A stretch of DNA of 62,315 bases, filler included, from Chiloscyllium plagiosum (taxonomy: Eukaryota), in assembly GCF_004010195.1 (NCBI RefSeq). It is 4 parts of one record of this genome, joined end to end, with 100 filler letters (N's around TTAATTAATTAA, not from the genome) between each part and the next. Parts side by side here need not be neighbours in the genome. Positions count along the whole stretch, not along the records: positions 39,039 to 55,942 come from NC_057710.1; positions 56,043 to 62,315 come from NC_057710.1; 2 more parts are not named here. One strand, written 5' to 3'. A model generated the notes under the pieces. It did no database searches, was not told the origin of the DNA, and saw only the letters and a list, made by a program, of their open reading frames with translations. A program made the translations under genes and the position numbers. Each line of letters starts with the position of its first letter. The first letter of the stretch is position 1. Positions 50,213 through 62,200 of this stretch are shown here, piece after piece.

Positions 50213-51479
50213 AAGAGGAAACCTTTTATAGAATTGTGCACAAAAGGAGGGCATTCAGCCCATATGTCAACTCTTCAAAAGAGCTGTCCAAATAACTTCA
50301 CTATGTTCCCTACCACCCTGTGAGTTTTCCCTTCTATTTACAGAATATTAGTAAATGCAAATTTCAAACCTCACTTTATGTTAATGTGAACATGAAATAG
50401 CTACAAAAGCCTTTCGACATTTACAATCTATGCACAAACACAATAGTAAAAATAAAATTTTGATTTACGTTTTGAAGTGATCAGAATTAGATGTTATGCT
50501 GGACAATAAAACCTGGCTTGATAGATCATTTGTATTTTTTTGCATTTGGTTCATGCTGTGGTCATATTCAATTGAAGCTGCAGATGCTCCTTAACAATGG
50601 AACATGAATTTAATACATAATAAAGAAATAAAACAATATATATAAGACAGAATATCTTAACATAAGCATCAAAACAAAGTTTCAACCTGTTTCCTATCAC
50701 AATTACAGAGAAATCTTAGAGAAATATTACTCCTATTCCAGCTTTTTAAATGTTAACTGTTATTTCCTAGTGTCTTTTTCCTGAAGTATGGAGACAATTT
50801 TACTATTCCTGTCAGAGTCCTCTAACATGACCCTTTCATAATTCTATGGCCTAAATTTCTCAACTTGGAAGCATCTATCCTGCCTTGAATACTCCACAGA
50901 CTAGAAACCACTTCTGAACTGACTTGATTCTCCTGTTTGGAGAAACTTTTCTACCTTCTGAACTGAACATTAGGTTCTTCTCAACTAAATCTTTGAACTT
51001 TTGTTTTAAAGTCAAAACTAAGTTAATTGTCTTAATATGTTTACTCTGTCTGTGATTAACTCAATAGTGTAAATTTATCCATTAAGATTACAGGGCTGAC
51101 CAGGCACTCAAATGCAATCACATGGTTTCTTGGAAATGATGCACTTAGTTCCCTGATTTTAATGACCTTCTGATCTTGTAAGAAAAAAAAGCTTCACCAC
51201 GAATCAAAATTGATTGCTGTCTATTTTGAAATCCAATTGCCCAAATATAAATATGTATAGAAATAAAAATATGCAACTTCCAACACATTTTCTATATTGT
51301 GACTTGTACCTCAGGATGTCCCAAATTGAGGCTGCAGATGTTCTTTGACAACACACCATAAGTGTGTTGCGCAAAAGGAGAAATGTACAGTCAGAGCTAT
51401 GTATGTAGATATAATAGTTACAAAAGTCCAAAAGTCTTGATACCAACAAAGCCTCAGTCAAGGAAACTTCCCTTGTAGC

Positions 51480-51990
51480 AGTAGTTCTGGTAATGGGATG
51501 ATTAACCACAATACAAACATCCATCTTTGTGTTAGCTGTGACTCTAACCATTGGGAGTTCTGCTTGTGAAGTTTGATGCCACATGCTGTGAAATGCTACC
51601 TTGATGCCATGGGTAAACACACTCCCTTTGCATCTGGAGTTCAAATATATTCTCCATGACTGATCCAGAATTAAAGTGAGGTCATAAACTGTATGACCCT
51701 GGTAGAATGTAAACTGAGCATAAGTGTGCAAGTTATTGCTGAGTAAGTGCCTGAATAATAATGTTTATGGCATCTACCGTCCCTTTAATGATCAAGAATA
51801 GACTAGTAAGAGTAGATTGGTAATTGGCTGGTTTATATCTGCCCTGCTTTTAGGATACAGGACCGATGTGGGCAATTTTACACATTGCAGGTGGATACTG
51901 CTGTTGTAGCTGTATTGGAATGGTTTGGGTCAGGATGCAGCTGATTCTGGAGTGCAAGTCTTTAATACTATTGCTACAATGTTTTTGAGG
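51480..51990 (-). mobile_element. Decayed second-family CR1-clade RT fragment
   Basis: Similarity to 2690-2960; remnant of D.K.AF..VWH. Confidence 0.55.
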
Positions 51991-54499
51991 CCTCCCAGAC
52001 AGGTTGCTTCCTTTCCTCAGGACTCCATGGACTGCCTCCTGAGCAGCCACTAATTATTTTTCTTGTCTTCAAACCCCAATGACTAGCTCTGCTCACTGCC
52101 CCCCACCTTCTGACTTGCCAGGACAGCCCTGACTAAGCGTGAGTCAGCATGGATGAGTTGGACCGAAGGGTCTGTTTCTGTGCTCTATAACCATATGACT
52201 CCTTCAGGTTTAATATCTCATCTGGGAAGGCAGATCTTCTAACAGTGCAGAAACCCTATCAATCAAAATGCTAAGATAAGTCAAATAAAAACTTCAGAAC
52301 TGAAATTGATAATTTTGTGGTGTTAGGCGAGGGTATTATGGGCATGGATCCCAAGGCAGGTGGATGGAGTTAAATTGCAGAATCCATAATTTCCAGTCTA
52401 ATGTGTGTTTACATTCTACAAGTTGCAGCAGTGGACCATCAAGTAATGGTTACATTTTCTGACTTTCTGCAAGTTTCCATAAATTACAGCTGCTTAATCT
52501 TTTTGAGTGTTGGAAGAAATTTATTGCTATATTTTATTGACTATTAAATATAGTAAGATTTTACAACAACAGAAATCTCTCAATACAATTAAACGTATTC
52601 TTCAAGTTGTACAAAAGAATATTTCATAGTAAATTACCAGAGGGGGAATGCCCCTGATAAAAGCTGTATAAAGGTTACTCATTTAACTTGAACAGGTTAT
52701 TTGCAGTACCTATTAAAATTAAGAATGCAGTGAAGAAGCTAGGCTTATTACTATGCTTATAATCATATTCTGAATACCTAGTACAGGCAATAGCTACACA
52801 TAAAGTATTTATTCCTTTCTCCCAACTTTTAATTAGCATCTTCCAATTAAAATCTCTGCATGCCTCCTTTCTATTTAGTTCCCCTTCAATCACCTTGTCT
52901 TTGTGGCTTATGTGACACACTGTTCCCCATCAACAAAGCAATGACTTTTTTCTTCCCCCAAGTTTCTCCCAGCTGCAAGGTACAGCCAGTCAGTTAGGAG
53001 ACATATTTATCTCCCTGATGATGGCACAGTCAGATTAGGAATTCAAATTCCAAATCCATGAATCTCAACTTGCGCCAAATCACTGATATTTATTTTTACT
53101 GATCATATTCATTATTCCACAAGGTAATTTTAGAAAGGTTCATAAGTGATTAATATGCAAGTCAAAGCTGTACTGAAGTTGTAACTAAGGCTGGAGGGCT
53201 TTGGAGAAATAAGATTTTTTTTAAAAAAGTTTTTTTTTATTCAAAGAAAATTATCGAAATAAACCGAACATTTTAATTTTGGGGACCAGATGTCTACATT
53301 TACTACTTCCTACTCAGGCATACGACAGATTATATTAAGAGTTTAAAAAATGCTCTACGCTGTGCCAACAAGGTGCCCCAGCCAAAAATTTCAGCATCAT
53401 ATCTTTCCAATTGTTAGCACTGGGATTGTGAACTCTGTTTAACTCATGAATTGTACACCCTTGAGGCAATGGTCTAAGACCATACAAATTGGAGGACGGT
53501 TGAGAGACTGATTCACTACTCCTGTTTCTATGTTCCCAACTTCAGCTCACCTAGAAGCAATGTAGCTAGCAGGCAGAGGAGATTCTTTTACCTTGTTCAT
53601 CTGGCTGGGTTTAAATTTGGAATTCAGAAATGAAGGAAGAGTGTTTGCAAGGTTAAGATCTAGGCAATGAAAATTTATCCAGAAAATAAATCTAGGGGTA
53701 ATTTGTATCATAACAGACTGACTAGATGTAACATCAGAACTCCCATCAGAAACTCTGTAACCAACTATCAGGAAAATGCCATTCTAAATTTTTCAAGCCA
53801 GAAAAAAATTCTCCAAACTAAAACTAATGAAATTTTCAACCCCTCTCTCAGAATAGCTAGTGGTCTCAGAAAATTGCGTTCCAATGGTTTAATATCAGTA
53901 TCAGAAGCCTGTCAGAAATTCATCATCATCCTCTGGAAATGGGGCTGCTCTAGAAGAGCAAGCGCTCATAGGCAATGCAGGCCGGAAAGTCTTAGGCTGA
54001 TTGGTGAATTGACAGACTAATGGGAGGGGAGCCACAGTCGCTTTTATTTTACTTTGGTATGGCCTGTTCTGTTGCTGAAGGAAAAGCAGAAAGTAGAGAT
54101 GATTAACAGTGTGTGACCATAGCAACATAATAACATTTCATGTTGACATCTATGCAATTGCTTTCCTGCTGGCTGAGAGATCCCAAGACTCTTTTTAATG
54201 CTGTTTTAGCTGATGGGGCACAACTGGAATACAATTAGTGTCCAGAATAGAGGGGAAGGGAGGGAATATCAGCAGCAAATATTCAGCAACCATTGTGCCC
54301 CACTTCTGCAACACCACTACTTTCTCGAACACCTGTATTTTAGAATCTGGCTATAAATGATGCTTGACTGTGGTCAATAAGTCCATCTAGACACACCAAG
54401 ATACATTTATAGAATGCCCTTAATGCTGCAAGAGACTTCAAAAAGGCATCAGTAAAATTGGACAATGAGCCACAGAGAAGACATTAGGGCCAGTCCAAA

Positions 54500-54880
54500 A
54501 GACCATTCAATTTAGGAGCAGAATTAGGCCATTCAACTCAGGAAGTCTGTTCCACCATTTGATCACAGTTGCTATGTTTCTCAATTCCACCTCCATCCCT
54601 ACCCCATTCTCCTACTTTCTGCCCATAACCCTTAGTCGCCTTACTGATCAAAAGCCCATCTATCTCTGCCTACTTAGCCTCCATAGCCTTCTGTCGCAAT
54701 GTGTTCTGCAGATTCGCCACCCTCTGGCTGAAGAAATTCCTCCTCCTCTCAGGTCTAAAGGGTTGTCCCTTCATTCTGAGGCTGTGCCCTTGGGTCCTCA
54801 TCTCCTCTACCAGTGGAAACATCTTCTCTACATCTACTCTATCCAGGCCTCTCTGGATTCTGTAAGTTCCAATCAGATTC
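54500..54880 (-). mobile_element. CR1 3' end
   Basis: Reverse-complement 3' UTR and ORF2 end. Confidence 0.85.
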
Positions 54881-54884
54881 CGTG

Positions 54885-55942
54885 TTGGAGGTGATTTCCT
54901 CGAATTCCAGGAGCAGCAATTACTGTTTTATATGCTGTTGCATTGTTTTAGAACTTTGGAAAAAAAAAGTCAAAACAACAGCAGTTTTAAAAGGGAGAAG
55001 AGCAGACAAACGAAGCACATCGTGAGGTCAGTGCAGGAGAGAGAGAGAGAGACAGAAAACCTGCACAATTACTGCCTTTGCAGTTTGAATTCGTGTATCG
55101 CTGGACATTGAAGTGCATCTGGGAAAATTAACAAACAGTGAAATTCACAACTAATCTTGGAGGAACTGTTGGGCGAAGTTCACAGCACAGAATCAGATAA
55201 GTTAATTGTTGTTTTAAGTCTGTCCTAGAGAAAAGCTGTAGTAGTGGGTACAGTGGATTCTATCTTGATTATATATTTATGGAGATAAGTCTCTTGATTA
55301 AACTTAAAATATAAGCCATAGCTATTAATTTAACCTGTGGCAGTTGTTTGAGAGGAATAAGACAGTGTTATTTTCTGGGTCTGTAGATTGTGAAGGAGTA
55401 AAAATGGTCTTTACAGTGATATGTACTTCTTGTCAGATGTGGGAGTTTAAAGAGAGTTTAAGGGTTACTGCGGATTATATCTGCCATAAATGCTGTTGGA
55501 TGCGAATCTTATCAGGTCAAGTGGATCGGTCGGAGAGACAAATAGAAGCAATGAGGAATTTGCAACAGCAACAGTATGTGATGGATGGCAGTTATAGAAA
55601 GGGGGGAAAGTCTCAGATACAGTCACATTGATGGGTTAACTCCAGGAAGGGTAAGAGAGGTGGGCAACTAGAGCAGGAGTCTTTTGTGGATATACCCATT
55701 GCAAACAGGTATGCAGTTTTGGAAAATGTAGGGGGTGATGGATTCTCAGGGGAACGTAGCATAAACAGCCAAGTTTTTGGTATTGAGACTGGCTCTAATG
55801 CATCGAGGGGTACATCGGCTTCCAAGAGATCAATTGTGTTAGGGGATTCTGTAGTCAGAGGTACAGACAGACGTTTCTGTGGCCAGCAGAGAAAAAGCAG
55901 AATGGTGTGTTGTTTCCCTGATGCCAGGATCAAGGATGTCTC
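54885..55942 (+). mobile_element. CR1 5' UTR and ORF1 (different subfamily), running into a gap
   Basis: ATG 55404, CTSC..CHKC zinc finger, coiled coil, esterase IVLGDSVVRG; one in-frame TGA at 55629. Confidence 0.9.
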
Positions 55943-56042
55943 NNNNNNNNNNNNNNNNNNNNNNNNNNNNNNNNNNNNNNNNNNNNTTAATTAATTAANN
56001 NNNNNNNNNNNNNNNNNNNNNNNNNNNNNNNNNNNNNNNNNN

Positions 56043-56350
56043 CACCCTCCTCTCACTTATCTCTCCACCCTTCAGGCTCTCTGCCTTTATTCTTGATGAA
56101 GGGCTTTTGCCCGAAACGTCGATTTCGAAGCTCCTTAGATGCTGCCTGAACTGCTGTGCTCTTCCAGCACCACTGATCCAGCAATACCATAACTCAATGG
56201 TCTAATGACCTGAAAATTAACTGGTTTCTTCCTCCCTGATGAAGAGCTTACGCTCGAAGCGTCGATTCTCCTGCTCCTCGGATGCTGCCTGACCGGCTGT
56301 GCTTTTCCACCGTCGACTCTGATCTCCAGCATCTGCAGTTTTCTTTGTCT
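56043..56350 (+). mobile_element. Two tandem Penelope-like 3' ends, each with a hammerhead motif
   Basis: UUGAUGA-A-GGGC-UUUU-GCCC-GAAAC-GUC (56093-56120) and CUGAUGA-A-GAGC-UUAC-GCUC-GAAGC-GUC (56236-56263). Confidence 0.85.
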
Positions 56351-57369
56351 CCAGTGAGGCTTTCTAACATTCTTTTTATAATATTTCAGATTCCCAGCAT
56401 CTGCGGGATTATTTTGGTACAAGCTGATCACTGTTACTGTGTTGGCCCTATATGTTGAGGCTTCATTTTTAGCCCTTGCTGGGGGACAATTGTCCCCTGC
56501 TCTTCTTACAGTGTCAACTGGAACTTTTTACACCCCACTGAGGGGCAGAGAGAGAGAGAGAGAGACAGGGTGGCACTCCCTCAGTACGACACTGGAGTGG
56601 AGTCTGAAGCCCTTGAATATGTTTAGATCAATGCTGACTAACTCGGTGTGCCTGAATCGAGTGGATATCCAGTCCCTCATGTTCAAACCTGTGGTGGGCT
56701 ATTCTAAAAGAGTTTGATATTGCAGACATCTGCAGAGGTCAAGATCCGTTCATATTTCTGACAATCCCTGAGTTTTTTTTTCTTTGTTTTTGCAGGTGGT
56801 CTCGGTGTGAGATGATAAACTGAGGAAAGTCAGGCTAGTGCGGTGTTCATAGATACAGTGTGGGCTGACAGAGACACAGAGAGAGTCCGGGGCCAGTCAC
56901 TAAAGAGTTACTCAGCAGATTTCCGCCTCCGAACAGACTCGCTTCAACTTCAGCTCCACCCGCCTGTGATCCCAGAGGAGAGAGGGACAGAGACAGAGAG
57001 GAGAGAGGGACAGAGACAGGGAGGAGACAGACAGACACAGAGAGGGAGGTATACACAGTCAGACACAGATACAGGAAGGGAGACAAAAGCAGGGAAGGAG
57101 ACAGATAGATACGGCGGATGTAAATGTCGGGGAGCAGAAGTGAGACAGAAATAGACAGAGAGAGGTAGATATATTTAGAGAGAAAGACGGGGTGGGAGAT
57201 AGGGAGAAGAAAGACTGGAATACAGAGAGATAGAGATAATGATGGTGAAATACAGACTCAGACATTGAGTGAGAGACAGAGCGAGGGAGGGAGACAGATC
57301 CCTGAGAGGGAGTCACAGTCTCATGCAAATCCTGAGCAGCTAAAGTGCCATCAGCTCCTCCCCAGCATT

Positions 57370-57500
57370 TCACTCTCCCTCCTCCCTCTTTCCTCCTCCC
57401 TCCTCCCTCTTTCCTCCTCCTCTCCTTCCCCCTTTTCCTTTTCCCGTCCCTCCTTCCTTCCCTGTCTCTCCTTCCTTCCCCCCCGCCTCTTCTTGCACTT
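57370..57500. repeat. CT-rich low-complexity tract upstream of the OGA-like start codon
   Basis: Direct inspection. Confidence 0.85.
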
Positions 57501-57548
57501 GCCTTTGCTGTGAGAGTAGTTCAGGGAGCTGACAGTGGCTGGAGCGGT

Positions 57549-57588
57549 ATGGAGAAGACGCTACCTTTCCTATGTGGGATTGTGGAAG
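57549..57588 (+). CDS. OGA: Protein O-GlcNAcase (GH84) family gene, first coding exon ([13 protein letters not shown]+G, phase-1 intron); probably the OGA-like paralogue
   Basis: ATG in good Kozak context (gcggtATGG). FLCGIVEG matches the OGA motif FLCGVVEG. The exon ends at a canonical donor AAG|gtcagt that splits the Gly codon and joins the 60816 exon in frame. Confidence 0.9.
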
Positions 57589-58482
57589 GTCAGTGACAGT
57601 TCCTGGCAAACGGAATGTCTTGCAGTTTTCCCGTGCTGTATAAACCTGAGAGCTGCAGTGGGAGCTTATTGAGCAGGCCCTATCATCAGCAGCCAACATT
57701 GGCACTACCTCCACCGTGTCCTTACACTGAAGCTGTGCCTCTTAAATTAAAATGTGGGACGGAGAGAAAAAGAGAGAGGCCTTTACCCTCTGGCAGCACT
57801 TAAGTGCTGTCCAGGAATCCCTAAGAATGAAAGTTTAAACTGGCCACAGCTGGCAAATAGAACTTGGGGGATGCTTTAACATTGGTTAAGAACATTATTG
57901 TTGTTTTAAAGTTTTCTTGGCTTAATATTGGCAAGAATCCTAAAGGCAGGGGTAGGGTGTTTGACCTGATGCAGCAGTTTGACAGAGATCATGTGATAAA
58001 CCTCCAGGAATGCAGCCAGTGAAAGTTGGCAATCCCCATCTGATGAGAGAGAGAGAGAGCGACACCATAGTGCACTGCGTGACAATGGGAATCCTTGGCA
58101 TTGTTGTATTAATTTGGCAAATTGGTAAACAAGGAAGCCTGTCTGACGGGCCCTTAGTTTACACGTGGAGTCAGTGACCCTTCTAAAGAATGCAGATGAT
58201 TAATTCGCCAGTGATGTCGACGAGCAGGGTGCAACTGAGATGATTCTTCCCAGGAGCTGTTACAGGACAGGATGGGCTGAATGTCCTCCCCACCAGGAAT
58301 GTGAAAATCTCCCATCCCTTTTGTGGTCAGAGGGAGGAAAGGCCCCCTTGCCCGCTCCCACCCAGTGTCTCCCCTCCCACGCAGCTAAGACAGTTTTGGC
58401 TTAAGGTTTAGTAGAAGCTGAGGCAGAGACAGAGAGCTTGGTGATGCACCCACATCATCACATTGAGCTTGGCGTCTGTTTT

Positions 58483-58730
58483 TAGAATAGATTCCCCTAG
58501 TGTGGAAGCAGGCCCTTTGGCCCAACAAGTCCACACCGACCCTCCGAAGAGCAACCCACCAAGACCCATTCCCCTATATTCACCCCTGACTAATGCACCT
58601 AACGCTACGGGCAATTTAGCATTGCCAATTCACCTAACCTGCACATCTTTGTTGCCCGAGGGGGGATTTCAACCCGGGTCCCTGGCGCTGTGAGGCAGCA
58701 GTGCTAACCACTGATCCACCGTGCTGCCCT
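58483..58730 (-). mobile_element. HE1 SINE with internal deletion (in the OGA-like intron)
   Basis: Head and tail present, V-domain partly missing. Confidence 0.88.
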
Positions 58731-58749
58731 TAAACTAAATAAAATGTTA

Positions 58750-59160
58750 TTCATTGGTGTGAGTGTTGCTGGGAAGACTAGTCATTATTGCCTGCGAGTA
58801 CTGGCCCTGCCAAAGATTATTGTTTAGTTTTATTCATGGAATGTTGCCATCACATCATTTATTGCCTGTCCCTAGTTGCCCTTGAGAAGGTGGGGGTGAG
58901 CTGCCTTCTTGAACCGCTGCAGTCCACCTGCTGTGGGGTGACCCACAATCCCCTTAGGGAGGGAATTCCAGGATTTTGACCCAGTGACAGTAAAGGAACG
59001 GCGATATATTTCCAAGTCAGGATGGTGAGTACTTCAGAGGGGAACTTGTAGGTGGTGTTCCCTTGTACCTGCTGTCTTTGTCCATCCAGATGTAAGTAGT
59101 CATGGGTTTGGAAGGTGATGTCTGAGGAGCCTTGGTGAAATTCTGCAGTCCTTTGTGTCC
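58750..59160 (-). mobile_element. Second CR1-clade family 3' end
   Basis: Tail tttattgcctgtccctagttgcccttgagaaggtgg. Confidence 0.8.
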
Positions 59161-59729
59161 CTACCAGTTCCAATTGCGCTGGAGGTCATAATATCCCTGA
59201 ACAGGTTAATTAAAAATGCTTAGCCTCGGTTAAACATTTATGATGCAATGGTAGTATGCCTACCTGTGTATGAGGATGCCTCACCTACTCCAGAGATGTG
59301 TAATATCCTTGTTTGAAATGTGGGTAACCAGGAGAGATAGATCTGAAGCAATTGACCAAAGAACAAGAGTTGTGGTGAGGACAGTGTCTAGGTGCTGAGT
59401 GTTAGTGATCTGGACATTGCAGCCTGAAAGGGTGGTAGAAGAGCTTTAGTATGAATTTGGACAAAATACTTGGAAATGTAAAATCTGTAGGTTAATGGGG
59501 AAAGAGCTGCAGTGGATTGGTGCGAATTGGTTGATTGTGTCAAAAAGCTACGCTGGGGATCGAATGAACTTTCTTCTAAGATTCACTCTGACTGGTACAG
59601 TAGTGGTACTGCACCAGATTCTGGGACTCCCTCTATCTTCCCTAACCTGCCAGAGCAGCTGATCTCAACGGGAGTTGACTCTTGCTACCCTGTAGTGGCT
59701 TGAGCACTAGTGACCAAAGAGCTGTTGTT

Positions 59730-60365
59730 CCATTGGCATCGCTGGCTGGGCCCAGCAATTGTTGACTATCCCTAATTGCCCCTGGAGAACGTAGTGATGA
59801 GCTTGAACCTTGAACTTCTGCAATCCATTAAGTAGACATGATATCATTAAGGAAGGATTTCAGAACTTAGTGACACTGAAGGAACAACAATATATTTCCA
59901 AGGCAGGATGGTGAGTGGATTGGAGGGGAACTTCCAGGTGGGTGATGTTCCCATATATCCACTGCCCTTGTCCTTCCAAATGGAAGTGGTCATGAGTTTG
60001 GAAGGTGCTGTCTAAAGAAATGTAGTGAGTTACTGGAATGTATCCTATAAATCGTGCGTACTGCTGTCACCTTATGTTGGTGGTCAAGGGAGTGAATATT
60101 GAAGATGGTAGATAGCATTGATGGTAAGTCAAACAGTCAAGGATGTCATCAAACTTCTTGAGTGTTGTTGGAGCTGCACCCATCCAGGCAAGTGGGGAGT
60201 ATTCCATCACACTCCTGACTTGTGCCTTTGCAAATGATGGACGGGCTTTGGGGAGTCAGGAGGTGAGTTACTTGCTGCAGTATTCCTAGTTTTTGACCTG
60301 TTCTTGTAGCCATTGTATTTCTATGGTGAGTCCAATTCAGCTTCTGGTCAATGGTAAACCCCAGG
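59730..60365 (-). mobile_element. Second CR1-clade family 3' end
   Basis: Same tail; AQVRSVMEYSPLAWMGAA on the minus strand. Confidence 0.82.
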
Positions 60366-60815
60366 AGTTTGGTAGTATCGATGTATTTGAAGGGAATTTA
60401 GACAAGCATTTGATGGAGAAGGCAATAAAAATGGTGTATGATAATCGATTCAGTTGCAGAAAAAGTGGGAGAAAGCTCAACCAGAGAAATAAGACCCACA
60501 CGGCCTGTTTATCTGCTATTTATCCGATATCATTCCGTGAAAAATAAACACACCGGCCTCTTTAACTGGATCATTTTCCTCCACCTTGCTCCATTTAACC
60601 CAGTTGGAACATTTTGCCATTGTTGTCTTTCTCCTGTATTTACCTTGCTTCCCCTTAAATGCAGGTTAACAAATACATTTTCACAAGTTTCTCTTCTGAG
60701 ATTTAAACTCACAAGGTGGGTCTGCCCAGTACAATAACCGCTAGACTAGCTGTGCCTCTAACTCTTTGTTGTCACTGGGAAATGTTAACCAGTTCTTATC
60801 TCTGTCTCTGTGTAG

Positions 60816-60867
60816 GTTTCTATGGCAGGCCATGGTCCATGGAGCAGAGGATGGTGCTGTTCAAGTG
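60816..60867 (+). CDS. OGA: Protein O-GlcNAcase (GH84) family gene, second coding exon ((G)[16 protein letters not shown](W)); the gene continues beyond the window
   Basis: Polypyrimidine tract ttcttatctctgtctctgtgtag| and donor |gtaatg bound a 52-nt exon. Translation [18 protein letters not shown] aligns with the recalled human OGA sequence GFYGRPWVMEQRKELFRR. The phase is compatible with the upstream exon. Confidence 0.93.
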
Positions 60868-61344
60868 GTAATGTAGACAGAATTTAGACTGCTGACATTA
60901 CACACTCTAGGATTTGTTAATCCCTGACCATAACTTTGCTTTTACCCCAGTGTTCAATCAACATTGTTCTCCAGTTACAATGACTGTGTTAATGTAGCCC
61001 AAGGGGGGCAGGAGCCTTTAAATAATGTGAGTAGATGGTGTAGTCAGCTGCTCATGGGAAGTAGAGTGGGTTCCCACTGTGTGATGATCCAGTGGACTTC
61101 TGCTACAGGCTCTGAACTGGAACACGTCTCCTTGTTTGATACCTGGTGTGTTAAAGGAAACCGAGCTGGCAATCACTCAGTTCTTGTTGCTGTGTGGATA
61201 ACTGCTGTGAAATGGAGGACCCATTGTTGTGTTGACAACTGTGAGTCCTGTCACATACACAGCAAGATCCACAAGGCACCGTGAGGTGAAAGAGATACTT
61301 GTATTTATTGATCACCATTCTGCTCAAAGAACATACGGTCACTG

Positions 61345-61890
61345 ATTCTTTAAAAATTAATTTATGGGACGTGGACTTTGCTGGCTAGGCTGAGTCGGCT
61401 GTTATTGCCCATCCCTAGTTGCCCTGGAGAAAGTTGTGGTGAGCTGCCTTCAGTTTAGCAATCTCCACAATGCCCTTTGGAAGTGAATTCCAGGATTTTT
61501 ATGCAGCGACAGTGAAGGGACAGCGATATATTTCCAAGTCGGGATGGTGAATGGCATGGAGGAGAATGGGCAGGTGGCAATGCTCCCTCTCATGCCCAAG
61601 CGGCAGATGGCTCCTCGATTTAAAATCTTACCTGAAAGATGGCACCTCCAACAGTGTAGCACTCCTTCAGTCCTGCATGGCTGTGCCAACTTGATCCCAG
61701 TGCTCAACTCCTGGAATGAGACTCGAACCCAAAACCTTTTGGTGCAGAGGCATGTGTGCCACCCACTGATTGACAGCTGAGAGAGGAATGTTATGGGGTC
61801 TTTCGGGTGTTGTTTTCAAGTGATGAATATTGGACAAGACATGGGGGGGCCATTTTCTTGAAATAGTACCAAGAGATCTTCAGGATCCAC
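61345..61890 (-). mobile_element. Second-family CR1 tail followed by Deu-SINE (SacSINE1-like) fragments
   Basis: gcactccttcagtcctgca..actcgaaccc head region and gatgaatattggacaagac Deu fragment. Confidence 0.6.
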
Positions 61891-62200
61891 CTTAGTGGCT
61901 CTCGTGTTGAAGCTCAATACAATGCTAACTGTTTGACTTGGAGGCAACCATTTTATTCACTAAATTTGGAGGAGCAGGTGGGCTATGGGTTATCTCGTCA
62001 CTGGTAGGCAGCTGAGTCGGGTAAGCAAGTGGATGTGGAAACAACCTCCCCCTGAATGGTTTTGAAATCCTCACCATTTCCACAGTTCTGTCGGTGCAAG
62101 GCTCCTGGTATGAGATGGACTGACTTTTGACTGAACCTTTTTCTGATGGTTTTGTTGACTTTGCTAGACGCTGTGTCAATGTGATGCAAAACTAAATGTG

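Noticed and set aside
57345..57548. In-frame hydrophobic, signal-peptide-like extension (LLALAFAVRVVQG) upstream of the OGA-like ATG
   Set aside because: No in-frame ATG after the TGA at 57333; mostly a translation of the CT-rich tract; known OGA is nucleocytoplasmic
57808..57826. ccaggaatccct match to the miR-145 3' half
   Set aside because: Seed region and precursor hairpin are absent
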